Shown here: piece by piece, positions 1 to 10,480 of the stretch
How the letters are laid out: each line of letters starts with the position of its first letter
Numbering within the stretch: position 1 is the first letter of the stretch
NCBI RefSeq assembly: GCF_001194135.2
Contig: NC_069001.1
Coordinates: forward strand, 7,885,537-7,918,630
Length of the DNA: 33,094 bases
Reading direction: 5' to 3'
Source of the DNA: Octopus bimaculoides
Taxonomy: Eukaryota
Notes under the pieces: generated by a model
What the model saw: the letters and a program-made list of their open reading frames with translations, nothing else
The model's database searches: none
What the model was told of the DNA's origin: nothing
Made by a program: the position numbers and the translations under genes

Positions 1-44
<44 letters not shown>

Positions 45-170
45 GGATGGATGGATGGATGGGTGGTTGGATAGATGGATGGATGGATGGGCCGATCGAT
101 CGATCGATGGGTGGGTGGATGGATGGATGAATGGATGGATGGGTGAATGGATCGCTGGATGAGTGAATGG
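1..170. repeat. (AGAT)n grading into degenerate (GGAT)n microsatellite
   Basis: Tetranucleotide repeats read directly. Confidence 0.97.
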
Positions 171-423
171 ATCGATTTTCAAGGACCATCCGGCGTATTC
201 GAGCGGTTCCAAACAGTGTTGTTTTCTGCAAGTGCTCCACCCTTATTGCAGCCCCTATTTGTTCTCTGAACTTCTCAAGATTTTTACTCACTGTTCCCAG
301 GACTCTTAGAATTATTGGTACTACTACCACCTTTTTCAGTGACCACAACAGCTTAAACTCCCAAGCTAACCTATCATATCTATCGACTTTTCTTTCTTCC
401 TTATCGCATACCTTGTTTTCAGC
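171..423 (-). mobile_element. R4/Dong-clade non-LTR retrotransposon fragment (C-terminus of restriction-like endonuclease domain)
   Basis: Minus-strand open frame with no Met, so absent from the ORF track. Hand translation: [83 protein letters not shown]. This fits the K..KY..LA.E...LW....VVPI..G.LG...HLQK..L.GTA.I.R end of R4/Dong ORFs. Confidence 0.85.
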
Positions 424-425
424 TG

Positions 426-491
426 GGCATTTCGTCCTTCTGCACGTTCTAAGCTCAAATTCCGCTGAGGTCGACTTTGCTTTTCATTCTT
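426..491 (+). mobile_element. SINE family A fragment
   Basis: GCATTTCGTCC..GTTCTAAGCTCAAATTCCGCTGAGGTCGACTTTGC matches the other family A copies; followed by (TAT)n. Confidence 0.85.
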
Positions 492-503
492 ATTATTATT
501 ATT

Positions 504-838
504 GAGTGGGAGAGCAGTGCATGCCATCAAGGTGACACTGGGGTAAAATATACGAAGCCCATTATACCCATCATGACTACCCGTCTGATAAGGGTACACC
601 AGGCACATGCATCACAACCATATGTGCACGACATGGTGATCTCATGTCAAGATAAACAGCGCATGACCTTGCAGGTGGAGCCCAGTTAGAATTTTCTTCA
701 GGTCTAGTAACCCATCCCGCTCAAAAGGTCCCTGAATAAGGGTTGTTTAAAGGTGTTGAACGAAACACCCATCTTTTCAAAGGTGAATTATCCAAACCCC
801 AAAGAATTCCTTTGAACACATGGCTATGATACTCTCCC
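504..838 (-). mobile_element. Unclassified interspersed repeat embedded in a (TAA/TAT)n tract, probably a 5'-truncated retroposon
   Basis: 335-bp complex block flanked on both sides by (TAT)n (491-503 and 839-888). It resembles an abundant octopus repeat recalled from memory. No recognisable ORF. Strand is inferred. Confidence 0.55.
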
Positions 839-845
839 ATTATTA

Positions 846-888
<43 letters not shown>
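839..888. repeat. (TAT)n microsatellite
   Basis: Read directly. Confidence 0.97.
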
Positions 889-1070
889 GGCGACGAGCTG
901 ACAGAACCGTTAGCACGCCGGACTAAATGTTTAGCGGCATTTCGTCCGTCTTTAGGTTCTGAGTTCAAATTCCGTCGAGGTCGACTTTGCCTTTCATTCT
1001 TTCGCAGTCAATGTAATCGACTTACTCCTTCCCTCGGAATTGGTAGCCTTGTAGCAAAGATTGAAATCAA
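889..1070 (+). mobile_element. SINE family A, near full length with internal deletion
   Basis: Head GGCGACGAGCTGACAGAACCGTTAGCACGCCGG, B-box-like GAGTTCAAATTCC, central GTCGACTTTGCCTTTCATTC, followed by (ATC/ATT)n. Confidence 0.9.
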
Positions 1071-1135
1071 CATTATCATCATCATCATCATCATCATCCT
1101 TATCCTCCTCCTCCTCATTATTATCATTATTATTA

Positions 1136-1169
<34 letters not shown>

Positions 1170-1186
1170 CGTTATTATAACAACAT
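1071..1186. repeat. (ATC)n/(CTC)n/(ATT)n compound microsatellite
   Basis: Read directly. Confidence 0.95.
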
Positions 1187-2414
1187 AAATGAGAAAAAGA
1201 TAAATAACGGCAGTAATGACAACAGCTAACAGTTTAATAGAGGCAATATAACAGAGGCAACAGCAGCTACAACGACGACAGCGACGACAACAATTATAAG
1301 AACAATGAATAGAGACACAAAAACCAGCAACAATACCAACAACAGCAATTACAGAAACATTAAATGCAAGATGGTTGACTATAGTTATGAAAATCGATCA
1401 TGTAACAGCAACAACAGTATTAACGACAATAATAATAATAATAATAATAATATCAACAATGGTTCGTAGAATCTAGAGAGAGGTAGAGAGAGATTTATAA
1501 ACAGTTTTCTGTTTATACACACAAGCATTTTGTTGTGAAGTGAGGCGGACTTTAGTAAAATATCAACAGAAATATCTCACCATAATCTGTAGACATTTTC
1601 CAATGAAAATTAGGAAGACATATTGAAAACGAGGAAACGATAAGAAAAACAAATTGAAATATAAATAGCAAGGTAATAAAAGCAAACACCTTCACAATAT
1701 GAAATATTGGTGAAGAAAGAAATAATAATATAATATATATAATAATAAAATATATATATAATGCAGATAGCGTAAACGAATTTTCTGGTTTATCGTATGA
1801 GAAAAATATCGTCTGCTTTATCGAGTTTCGTTTCAGACGAACATTTGCTTCGTATGGCGACGTTAATATATTATACAAAAGAATGAAGAGTCTTTCTTTT
1901 AAGCTCCATAACGGTTGTAGTAAATATAACTGTGCTAATAAAATAGACGTTGTCTACAAATGGAATTGTCCGAACCAAACCAAAGCAAAACAAAAGAGAG
2001 GAAAAGAAAAACAAATGTAAAAATATTGTGTTTTTCCTCGACTCGCCCAAAATACATAACGTTCAGGTAATAACTCTGGCTTCAGAAATGTAAAACAGTT
2101 ATATTGATTTCTTTTAGAAGAGACACGAGGCCAAATATTTCAGAGAAATAAAGTACATTCCATTGATTCAACCCCATAATATTACTGCTATAAGTGAACT
2201 AAGTAGGGATCCTCTACGCGTTTACTCAAATCTGCTTGAAATGGCAGCCAAAATCCTTCTCAAATCAATCCTGACAGTCAAAACAAGAGAAACAGAACTC
2301 AATACAAAAGTGTAAGTAGAGTCACACAAATACTTCAACTCGTCTATTTGTCCGGATATTGCTGCATGCCTGTTCATAGAGTTCGAGTTTGTATATAGAA
2401 CTCATTAGTTAATG

Positions 2415-2765
2415 GGCGTGTGAAGGCACATGGCTCAGTGGGTAGGGCGTCTTGCTCACAATCATGAGGTAGTGAGTTCGATTCCCCGACCGGGCTGTGT
2501 GTTGTGTTCGTGAGCAAAACACTTTATTTCATGTTGTTCCAGTTCACTCAGTTGTAAAAATGAGTCGCAACGTCACTGGTGCCAAACTGTATTAGTCCCT
2601 TTGCCTTTCCCTTGGATAATATCGGTGGCATAAAGAGGGGAGGCTGGTATGCATAGGCAACTGCTGGTCTTCCATAGACAACCTTTCCCGAACTTGTGCC
2701 TTGGAGGGGAACTTCCTAGGAGCAATCGCATGGTCATTCATGACCAAAATGGGCCTTTTACCCCC
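2415..2765 (+). mobile_element. tRNA-derived SINE, family C
   Basis: Pol III A-box TGGCTCAGTGG (2431-2441) and B-box GAGTTCGATTCC (2474-2485). The following domain (2499-2565) is shared with 14754-14821. Confidence 0.85.
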
Positions 2766-3460
2766 AGTAAAAGACAGAATCTAAATATTCTTACGATCAA
2801 GTGGAAATAGCAAGCAAGTTGATTCAATGTAACGAGGTATTCAACTACAGATTCTACTTGCATGAAGATTTCCCGCACTGTATAGAATGGATACAAGCTA
2901 TGGCTGTTCTCTGAAACTTGTCTTTATATAAGTAATATATGTATTATTATTGCTGCTTGTGGGATAATATTTATTTTCTAATAGAATGAGATAATTGAGC
3001 TGTCAGACTTGGGAAAATTATGAATATTTGAGTCTTTTAATTTATATTCTGATAGAAGGAGAGTGGCTGTTATAAGCGTATGCGATATGGGCGTGTGTTT
3101 GATCATGTGTATATCTGGATGTGTTAGTGTGTTTGTCTTTTGTTGTATGGATGTGTGATGTATCTAATACATACAGCTTGCACGTAATTTGATCATAGAT
3201 TAATAAATAAATATACACATTATAAAATACGGCATGTGTATGTGCGTATGTATATACAAAGTTAAGATGTGCTGTGTACGCATCACAAATAACCAGTTAC
3301 ATCAGAGTTCAAATATAGTTTACTGTGTTAAACTCGTAATAACATGGGTGAAATGTATGTCCATGTACAACGTTGCATACACTGTGGAATTGGCTATAAT
3401 GCATTAACAGAGCATAATATATTTACTCTCTTTGGATGGAGCTCTACAAACATCAAACCA

Positions 3461-3650
3461 TATTGGTTTCAAATTTTGACACAAGGCCGAAAATTTCGGG
3501 GAAGTGGGTAAGTCGGTTACATCGACTTCTGGACGCAAGTGGAACTTATTTTATCGATACCGAAAGGATAAAAGACAAAGTCGACCTCAGCGAAATTTGA
3601 ACTAAGCATTTTGCTCGGCGTGCTAACGGTTCTGTCAGCTCGCCGCCTTA
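3461..3650 (-). mobile_element. SINE family A with internal deletion
   Basis: Reverse-complement head (CTAACGGTTCTGTCAGCTCGCCGCC) and central AAAGTCGACCTCAGCGAAATTTGAACT. Confidence 0.9.
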
Positions 3651-4004
3651 CCATCATCAAGCCATATTAACACGGAAAGCAATATCTAGGAACAATCCAC
3701 AAAAAATGTTCCGATCTCTGGAAAATAAAAAGTTACAAAATCAAATACTCTTTTCAGAAGAATAAGGCGGTGAGCTTAACTTTTCACGAACAGGGCTAAG
3801 ACCTTGATGAAAAACACGAAAAACATCGATTTGTACGACCTTAAAATCAACAGGTGTTTGGTGTTGTTGTTGGCAATGAAGTCGGAGGATCCTCTTTTGA
3901 AGGCGATTAGAATTTCGTACTTCTTTGAAATTAATAAATGTCTCTCCTGAGAAAGTCTCAAATTTCTGGAATGCACCTTGTTCTTTTCCTTGCGTATTAC
4001 ACCA

Positions 4005-4534
4005 NNNNNNNNNNNNNNNNNNNNNNNNNNNNNNNNNNNNNNNNNNNNNNNNNNNNNNNNNNNNNNNNNNNNNNNNNNNNNNNNNNNNNNNNNNNNNNNN
4101 NNNNNNNNNNNNNNNNNNNNNNNNNNNNNNNNNNNNNNNNNNNNNNNNNNNNNNNNNNNNNNNNNNNNNNNNNNNNNNNNNNNNNNNNNNNNNNNNNNNN
4201 NNNNNNNNNNNNNNNNNNNNNNNNNNNNNNNNNNNNNNNNNNNNNNNNNNNNNNNNNNNNNNNNNNNNNNNNNNNNNNNNNNNNNNNNNNNNNNNNNNNN
4301 NNNNNNNNNNNNNNNNNNNNNNNNNNNNNNNNNNNNNNNNNNNNNNNNNNNNNNNNNNNNNNNNNNNNNNNNNNNNNNNNNNNNNNNNNNNNNNNNNNNN
4401 NNNNNNNNNNNNNNNNNNNNNNNNNNNNNNNNNNNNNNNNNNNNNNNNNNNNNNNNNNNNNNNNNNNNNNNNNNNNNNNNNNNNNNNNNNNNNNNNNNNN
4501 NNNNNNNNNNNNNNNNNNNNNNNNNNNNNNNNNN
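4005..4534. other. Assembly gap
   Basis: N run. Other gaps: 6586-7267, 8253-8561, 11351-11467, 13017-13191, 13872-14261, 24897-25554, 30646-30655, 31962-32116. Confidence 1.
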
Positions 4535-4607
4535 ATAACAATAACGTAAAGTGTCAGACGCTGAACTTTAAAAGTCTTACATATATCTACTATTCAGAAT
4601 ATATATC

Positions 4608-4740
4608 TACAAACACACACACACACACACATACCCACACACACATACATACACACACACACATACCCACACACACATACATACACACACACACATGCGC
4701 GCGCATAGACACATAAATAAATATGCACATACGTATGTAG
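4608..4740. repeat. (CA)n/(CATA)n compound microsatellite
   Basis: Read directly. Confidence 0.95.
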
Positions 4741-4997
4741 GCATGTCTCCCGGAGATTAACCTGACAGACTTGTAAGATAAAGAAAATAGAATTATAGTG
4801 TCAACAAAACAAAACAAAGAAATAATTGTATATATATAAAAAAAAATATGAGAGTGTCAGCCATTTTTATTTCTTAGTCAAACTTTCAATTGTGAATGAT
4901 GATCAAAAAATAAAGATTGACAGCTTCATCGTAGACTATCAATGATGGATATTGTGTGAATAGATGACTGCAAGATGAAGTAGGCGGTAATGGTGTT

Positions 4998-5020
4998 ACA
5001 CACGCACAAACACTTACGCA

Positions 5021-5079
<59 letters not shown>

Positions 5080-5131
5080 GCGTGCACACGCGCGCGCGCG
5101 CGCGCACATATATATAAATGCATGTGTATGT
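4998..5131. repeat. (TG)n(TA)n(CA)n(CG)n compound microsatellite
   Basis: Read directly. Confidence 0.95.
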
Positions 5132-5143
5132 GTTATCTTTTAT

Positions 5144-5365
5144 CTTTTTAATTGTTTCTCTCATTAAATTGCAGCCGTGCTGGGGCACCGCCTTGAACAA
5201 TTGTTAGTCGAATGAATCGACCACTACTACTTATTCGTTTTTTTTTTATTTCATCGGTCTTTTTTTGCCGAACCGTAGAGTTACAGGGTCGTAACCAAAC
5301 CAACACCTATTGTCAAGCAGTGGCGGGCGGGGAACAAAGACAGACACAAAGATATACATAAATAT
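5144..5365 (-). mobile_element. SINE family B, 3' part
   Basis: GCAGCCGTGCTGGGGCACCGCCTTGAA and TTTTGCCGAACCG..TTGTCAAGC are homologous to 9060-9270. Confidence 0.85.
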
Positions 5366-6110
5366 ACATATATATAGGTAATATTAAGGTTTTTATGAAC
5401 GTCACTTTATATCTCAATATAAATACTTATTCTTTAAGTTTAAAAAAAAAATGAAAAACAATGTTAATGTCAACAACCAATATCATTTTCCATGTTCAGG
5501 TAGGTACGCAAGATAACTCTAAACATGTTCCAACCTTATTCTGACCTCTTTCATGAAATGTATCTTGTCCCGTGTATGCCGAAAGTGTATGTGAAGAATT
5601 ATTAATAATTCAAAAGTACAAAATTGTACATTTACTGACATAGAAAAATAGAATTGTTTCGTGGTTAATTCATTCAAAGAAACCATTGACATGAAAAAAG
5701 CTTATTAAATTGGCGTTAATAGATTTCACGATTGGAGCATTGGATATTTAATAGAAACGAGATATGTCGTGACATAGACAAATATATATATAAATAGAAG
5801 GGTGTTAACATAGTGAGTGTCGTGAGGACAGACAGACAGACAGGTGATTTAGTGTAAACGTATCTAATACATAGAACATTAGAGCGCTTACTCAGAATAA
5901 ATATGCAACGAGGAGGAAAAAAAATCGATATTGGTCAACGGCCATTATAATTTTTATACGAGAGACAACTGTAGGCATGTTTCGGTATCATTCTGACCGC
6001 CTCAGCGTAAAGTCGAATTCAAAATTATGCTTATGAAGAGGCTGGGGATAAATCACTTTTGACTTAGATTAAGATGTTATGAGCTTTTATCTTTAAAAGA
6101 CCTATAAAAA

Positions 6111-6252
6111 AGGCATGACTTTAGAAGTTTGTTTTGCAACCATGAGGTTTTGGGTTCAATCTCAATGCACAGCACCTTGGACAGGTGTTTTCTTCTATAG
6201 CCCTGGGTAGACTAATTCCTTATGAATGATTTTGGTATCGGGAAGCCAGTCA
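6111..6252 (+). mobile_element. SINE family B, diverged 5' part
   Basis: tRNA-like GGGTTCAATCTC then GCACCTTGGACAGGTGTTTTCTTCTATAGCC, homologous to the reverse complement of 9310-9463. Confidence 0.75.
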
Positions 6253-6262
6253 CACACGCATG

Positions 6263-6585
6263 CACGTTCTGAGTTCAAATTCCGCCGAGGTTGACTTTAC
6301 CTTTCATCCTTTCGGGGTCGATAAATTAAGTACCAGTGAAGTACTGGGATCGATGTAATCGACTTAATCCCTTTGTCTGTCCTTGTTCGTCCCCTCTATG
6401 TTTAGCCCCCTGTGGGAAATAAATAAATAAGAAACGTTAGCACGCCGGGCGAAATGCTTAACGTTATTTCGTCTGTCTACGTCCTGAGTTCAAATTCCGC
6501 CGAGGTTGACTTTGCCTTTCATCCTTTCGGGATTCGATAAATTAAGTACCAGTTGCGTACTGGGATCGATCTAATCGACTGGATC
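6263..6585 (+). mobile_element. Two head-to-tail SINE family A copies: long-tail subfamily 6263-6429, then a copy starting inside the head at 6430 and running into a gap
   Basis: GAGTTCAAATTCCGCCGAGGTTGACTTT..CATCCTTTCGGG occurs twice. Junction reads AAATAAATA|AGAAACGTTAGCACGCCGGGCG. Confidence 0.93.
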
Positions 6586-7267
6586 NNNNNNNNNNNNNNN
6601 NNNNNNNNNNNNNNNNNNNNNNNNNNNNNNNNNNNNNNNNNNNNNNNNNNNNNNNNNNNNNNNNNNNNNNNNNNNNNNNNNNNNNNNNNNNNNNNNNNNN
6701 NNNNNNNNNNNNNNNNNNNNNNNNNNNNNNNNNNNNNNNNNNNNNNNNNNNNNNNNNNNNNNNNNNNNNNNNNNNNNNNNNNNNNNNNNNNNNNNNNNNN
6801 NNNNNNNNNNNNNNNNNNNNNNNNNNNNNNNNNNNNNNNNNNNNNNNNNNNNNNNNNNNNNNNNNNNNNNNNNNNNNNNNNNNNNNNNNNNNNNNNNNNN
6901 NNNNNNNNNNNNNNNNNNNNNNNNNNNNNNNNNNNNNNNNNNNNNNNNNNNNNNNNNNNNNNNNNNNNNNNNNNNNNNNNNNNNNNNNNNNNNNNNNNNN
7001 NNNNNNNNNNNNNNNNNNNNNNNNNNNNNNNNNNNNNNNNNNNNNNNNNNNNNNNNNNNNNNNNNNNNNNNNNNNNNNNNNNNNNNNNNNNNNNNNNNNN
7101 NNNNNNNNNNNNNNNNNNNNNNNNNNNNNNNNNNNNNNNNNNNNNNNNNNNNNNNNNNNNNNNNNNNNNNNNNNNNNNNNNNNNNNNNNNNNNNNNNNNN
7201 NNNNNNNNNNNNNNNNNNNNNNNNNNNNNNNNNNNNNNNNNNNNNNNNNNNNNNNNNNNNNNNNNNN

Positions 7268-7305
<38 letters not shown>

Positions 7306-7767
7306 TGTTTGTATATGTGTGTATGTGTGTTTGTGTGCCTGTGTGTATACACACACACATATATATCTGTCCAACTGCCTATGCACCACCACAACCACTA
7401 CCATGAGCACGACGACGAAGACCACCACCACCACCACCAACACCACCACCAACACCACCGCTTGCTGCGTCATCCATGCATTCTGTGACGACCTAAATTG
7501 CCAATTTGAACATTGGTGTCCTAACGAATTAATTGTTAATGACTTATTAAGCTTGATTACTCTTCTTGATAACGACTTTTTAGAAAATATTCTTTCCACT
7601 TGGTTGACAGTTGAAATCTTCATCTAATTTTCTCTAATCCGCCATTTTCACAACGAACTGTCATAATAATGACATCAAGTTTAAAATTTTCTCAGAGTCT
7701 TTTCACTTTCCTCCTTCTCGCTCATTATTATCATCAACGCTTTTCTTTTTCTCCTCATCTCTACATG

Positions 7768-8252
7768 TAGGCGAAGGCTTGGTTGCCTGATTAAGAAGCT
7801 TACTTCTCAGCCATGGAGCCTAGAGTTCAGTCCCACAGCGCGTGTATGTATATATAAATATATATATGTATATATATATATATCCACCTTCTCCTCGATT
7901 TACGACCGAGTTCCATTCCGACTGACAGGTCGTAAGTCGATCCCTGGTCCTATGTCGGATTTATATATTTTCAACACCGTTTTCATTCAAACGCAACTGA
8001 TGCTTGAAAGTCGCAAGTCGAGGAGAAGGTGTATATGTATATATCTATATGTGTGTGTTTTTGAGTTTGTATTTGTCCTACCACCACCGCTTGACAACCG
8101 GTGTTGGTGTATTTGCGTCCCCGTAATCTAGCTGTTCGGCAAAAGCGACCGATAGAACAAGTACCAGGCTGTAAAGAGAAGCGTTGGGGTAGACTCACTC
8201 ATTCGACTTAAAATTCAAGGTGAAGCCCCAGAAAGGCTGCAGTCTAATGACT
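7768..8252 (+). mobile_element. SINE family B (head 7768-7843, internal TA/TG microsatellite, tail 8050-8252) interrupted by a MITE
   Basis: Head TAGGCGAAGGCTTGG..GAGTTCAGTCCCAC. Tail CCGCTTGACAACCGGTGTTGGTG..TTCGGCAAAAGCGACCGATAGAA. Confidence 0.8.
7885..8031. mobile_element. 147-bp MITE, pogo/Tigger-like
   Basis: TIRs CACCTTCTCCTCGATTTACGAC (7885-7906) and GTCGCAAGTCGAGGAGAAGGTG (8010-8031), 20/22 complementary. Lies in (TA)n with TA on the right. Internal inverted copy GGTCGTAAGTCGA at 7928-7940. Confidence 0.8.
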
Positions 8253-8561
8253 NNNNNNNNNNNNNNNNNNNNNNNNNNNNNNNNNNNNNNNNNNNNNNNN
8301 NNNNNNNNNNNNNNNNNNNNNNNNNNNNNNNNNNNNNNNNNNNNNNNNNNNNNNNNNNNNNNNNNNNNNNNNNNNNNNNNNNNNNNNNNNNNNNNNNNNN
8401 NNNNNNNNNNNNNNNNNNNNNNNNNNNNNNNNNNNNNNNNNNNNNNNNNNNNNNNNNNNNNNNNNNNNNNNNNNNNNNNNNNNNNNNNNNNNNNNNNNNN
8501 NNNNNNNNNNNNNNNNNNNNNNNNNNNNNNNNNNNNNNNNNNNNNNNNNNNNNNNNNNNNN

Positions 8562-8654
<93 letters not shown>

Positions 8655-8655
8655 T
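8562..8655. repeat. (AG)n then (AGAC)n microsatellite
   Basis: Read directly. Confidence 0.97.
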
Positions 8656-8796
8656 TTTGCAGTTTCCGTTTACCAAATTCACTTCCAAAGTTTTAGACGA
8701 CCGAAGACTATAACAGGAGGTGCTATCCCAAGAAGCCACACAGGCGGAATCCAAAACCACGTGGTTGGAAAGCAAGCTTCACGACCACGCCTGCGC
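8656..8796 (-). mobile_element. SINE family B, 5' part
   Basis: CAGTTTCCGTTTACCAAATTCAC..GTGGTTGGAAAGCAAGCTT is homologous to 9310-9463. Confidence 0.8.
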
Positions 8797-9059
8797 AAAA
8801 TTGTAATTTTAAAGAATATAAATATTTCAGTGAAAGAAATTAAGACCGGAAATTGAATGGAATCAGACGATCAGTGAAAATTGTTAGAATAATTTGTTTT
8901 AGAATAATTCCATTCCATGTGGAATAAAGAAGTAGAAAAAAAGCAAAATATCATTTCAAAAATATTGTCATAGAATATCCAATGTATGTATGCGTGTATA
9001 TATATGTATACATATATGTGTGTGTGTGTGTGTGTGTTGTACCAAATCGGTTATCCGTT

Positions 9060-9463
9060 ATTTTTTACTTGTTTCAGTCATTGGAATGCGGCCCTGCTGG
9101 GGCACCACCTTGAAGAATTTTTAGTCGTATGAATTGACCTCAGTGCTTTTTAATTTAATTTTTTTTTTCAGCCTGATACTTATTCTCTCTTTGTCTTTTG
9201 CCGAACCGCTAAGTTACGAGGACGTAAACATACCAACACCGGTTTTCAAGGGGAGGGGACACACAAAGACACACACACATGGATATATATGTATATATAT
9301 ATACGATGGGGTTCTTTCAGTTCCCGTCAACTGAATCAACTCAGAAAACTTTGGTCGCCCCGAGGTTATAGTAGAAAACACTTTCCCAAGATACTACTTA
9401 GGACTGAACCCAAAAACATGTAGTTGGGAAGCAAACTTCTTACCACACAGCTACGCATGCGCC
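9060..9463 (-). mobile_element. SINE family B, full length (tRNA-like head, central domain, internal microsatellite, LINE-like tail)
   Basis: Minus strand reads GGCGCATGCGTAGCTGTGTGGTAAGAAGTTTGCTTCCCAACTACATG..TGGGTTCAGTCC, then a central domain, TA/TG repeats, and a tail ending GACTGAAACAAGTAAAAAA. Confidence 0.92.
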
Positions 9464-10009
9464 AAATGTTTTTAAAAAATTCTTTTCTGAATATATAGAT
9501 AACTTCATCTCAAGAAATTGTATCAACTAAATCAATTTAGCTATTTTTCGTCATTTATTATTTTTTTCTTTCTGGTAATGTTCCTCCTCTTCCTATTTCT
9601 CCTCCCCTCCTCCTGTCATTTTATCTGTGTCTTGGTTAATCACTACACTTCTCTCTCTGCTTCTCTTTCTTTCTCTAACACATTCTAACGTTTCGCATTA
9701 AATGTTTCTCTCACTCACACACTACCTCCCCTTCTTCTCTCTCTCTCCCTCTCTCTCTCTCTTCCCTGTAAAGTTTGTCCGTAACTTGAGTTCTAAGCTT
9801 TTAAGAAAGAACACTGCCACCGATAAACCTAACGGTTGGCTCCAGAAGTTCTTGTCTCGTTGATGGCTACCGCCTTTAAGCCTAATGAGCTGAAGTAGTT
9901 GAGCAAGTGTCTTTGCTTTCAAGCCAATCCCAGGTCACGTACATTTTACATTCCACTCTTAGAGTTACCATGATCCTCGAAGAAAGAAAAATGGGGAGGT
10001 CATTTACTT

Positions 10010-10077
10010 AGGTCCTCCAAGAACATTGATCATTTGACCTTGTCGAGAACCAAATGATCGATATTGTTGGTTGACGT
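10010..10077. ncRNA. Candidate pre-miRNA-like hairpin
   Basis: 10017-10036 pairs ungapped with 10051-10070 (17 Watson-Crick, 1 G-U, 2 mismatches), with a 14-nt loop and a short basal extension. Non-repetitive context. No expression evidence. Confidence 0.4.
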
Positions 10078-10202
10078 GGATATGATTATGAAAGGTCTAC
10101 CTACGACAATTTGTTAGGGATTTCTACGAAAAGGCATAAGAGTTGTTTGCCTTTAATGTCTTTACATGTATTTGTGTCTTTGAGTTTTAATACTTATTCT
10201 TA

Positions 10203-10480
10203 TAGGATTAGGGTTGGTCTTTACGATTAAGGTTAGAGTTTGATTTTAGCGTTAGAGCTTAGAGTTTAGGGTTAGAATTTAGAGTTAGGGTTAGGGTTTA
10301 AAATTTAGGGATAGGGTTAGCGTTTAGATTAGGGTTAGGGTTAGAATTAGTGTGGTTGTTAGGATTTAGAGTTATGTTAGGGTTTATAGTTAAGTTACGG
10401 TTTAGAATTTAGGGTTAGGGATAGGGTTTAGGGTTGTGGTCTGAGTTTAGGATTAGGGTCAGAGTTAGGGTTAAGGTTAG
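10203..10480 (+). repeat. Degenerate interstitial telomeric-like (TTAGGG)n tract
   Basis: About 280 bp of TTAGGG units and variants (TTAGAG, TTTAGGG, ATAGGG), continuing into non-telomeric sequence on both sides. Confidence 0.88.

Noticed and set aside
1760-2020. About 85 open codons on the plus strand (ADSVNEFSGLSYEK...) overlapping a minus ORF, and a 7-bp stem TCGTCTG/CAGACGA
   Set aside because: No recognisable protein motif or convincing splice sites; the stem is too short for a pre-miRNA.
3770-4004. Complex sequence before the first gap with open frames on both strands, possibly a transposase relic
   Set aside because: No diagnostic DDE/D or RT motif, and truncated by the gap; cannot be classified without a search.
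6263-6585. Repeated SINE units that could be mistaken for a CRISPR array or tRNA genes
   Set aside because: Units are about 200-bp diverged retroposons without unique spacers or complete cloverleaves, in eukaryotic DNA with no cas genes.
7460-7627. Unique island with open frames on both strands (MKISTVNQVERIFSKK... and ...FCDDLNCQFEHWCPNE...)
   Set aside because: No homology I recognise and no polypyrimidine acceptor or donor bracketing it. It may be conserved non-coding DNA, which one sequence cannot show.
9805-9865. Bulged hairpin AAGAAC..GCCACCG/CGGTTGGC..GTTCTT
   Set aside because: Only about 15 bp with several asymmetric bulges; much weaker than the 10017-10070 hairpin.
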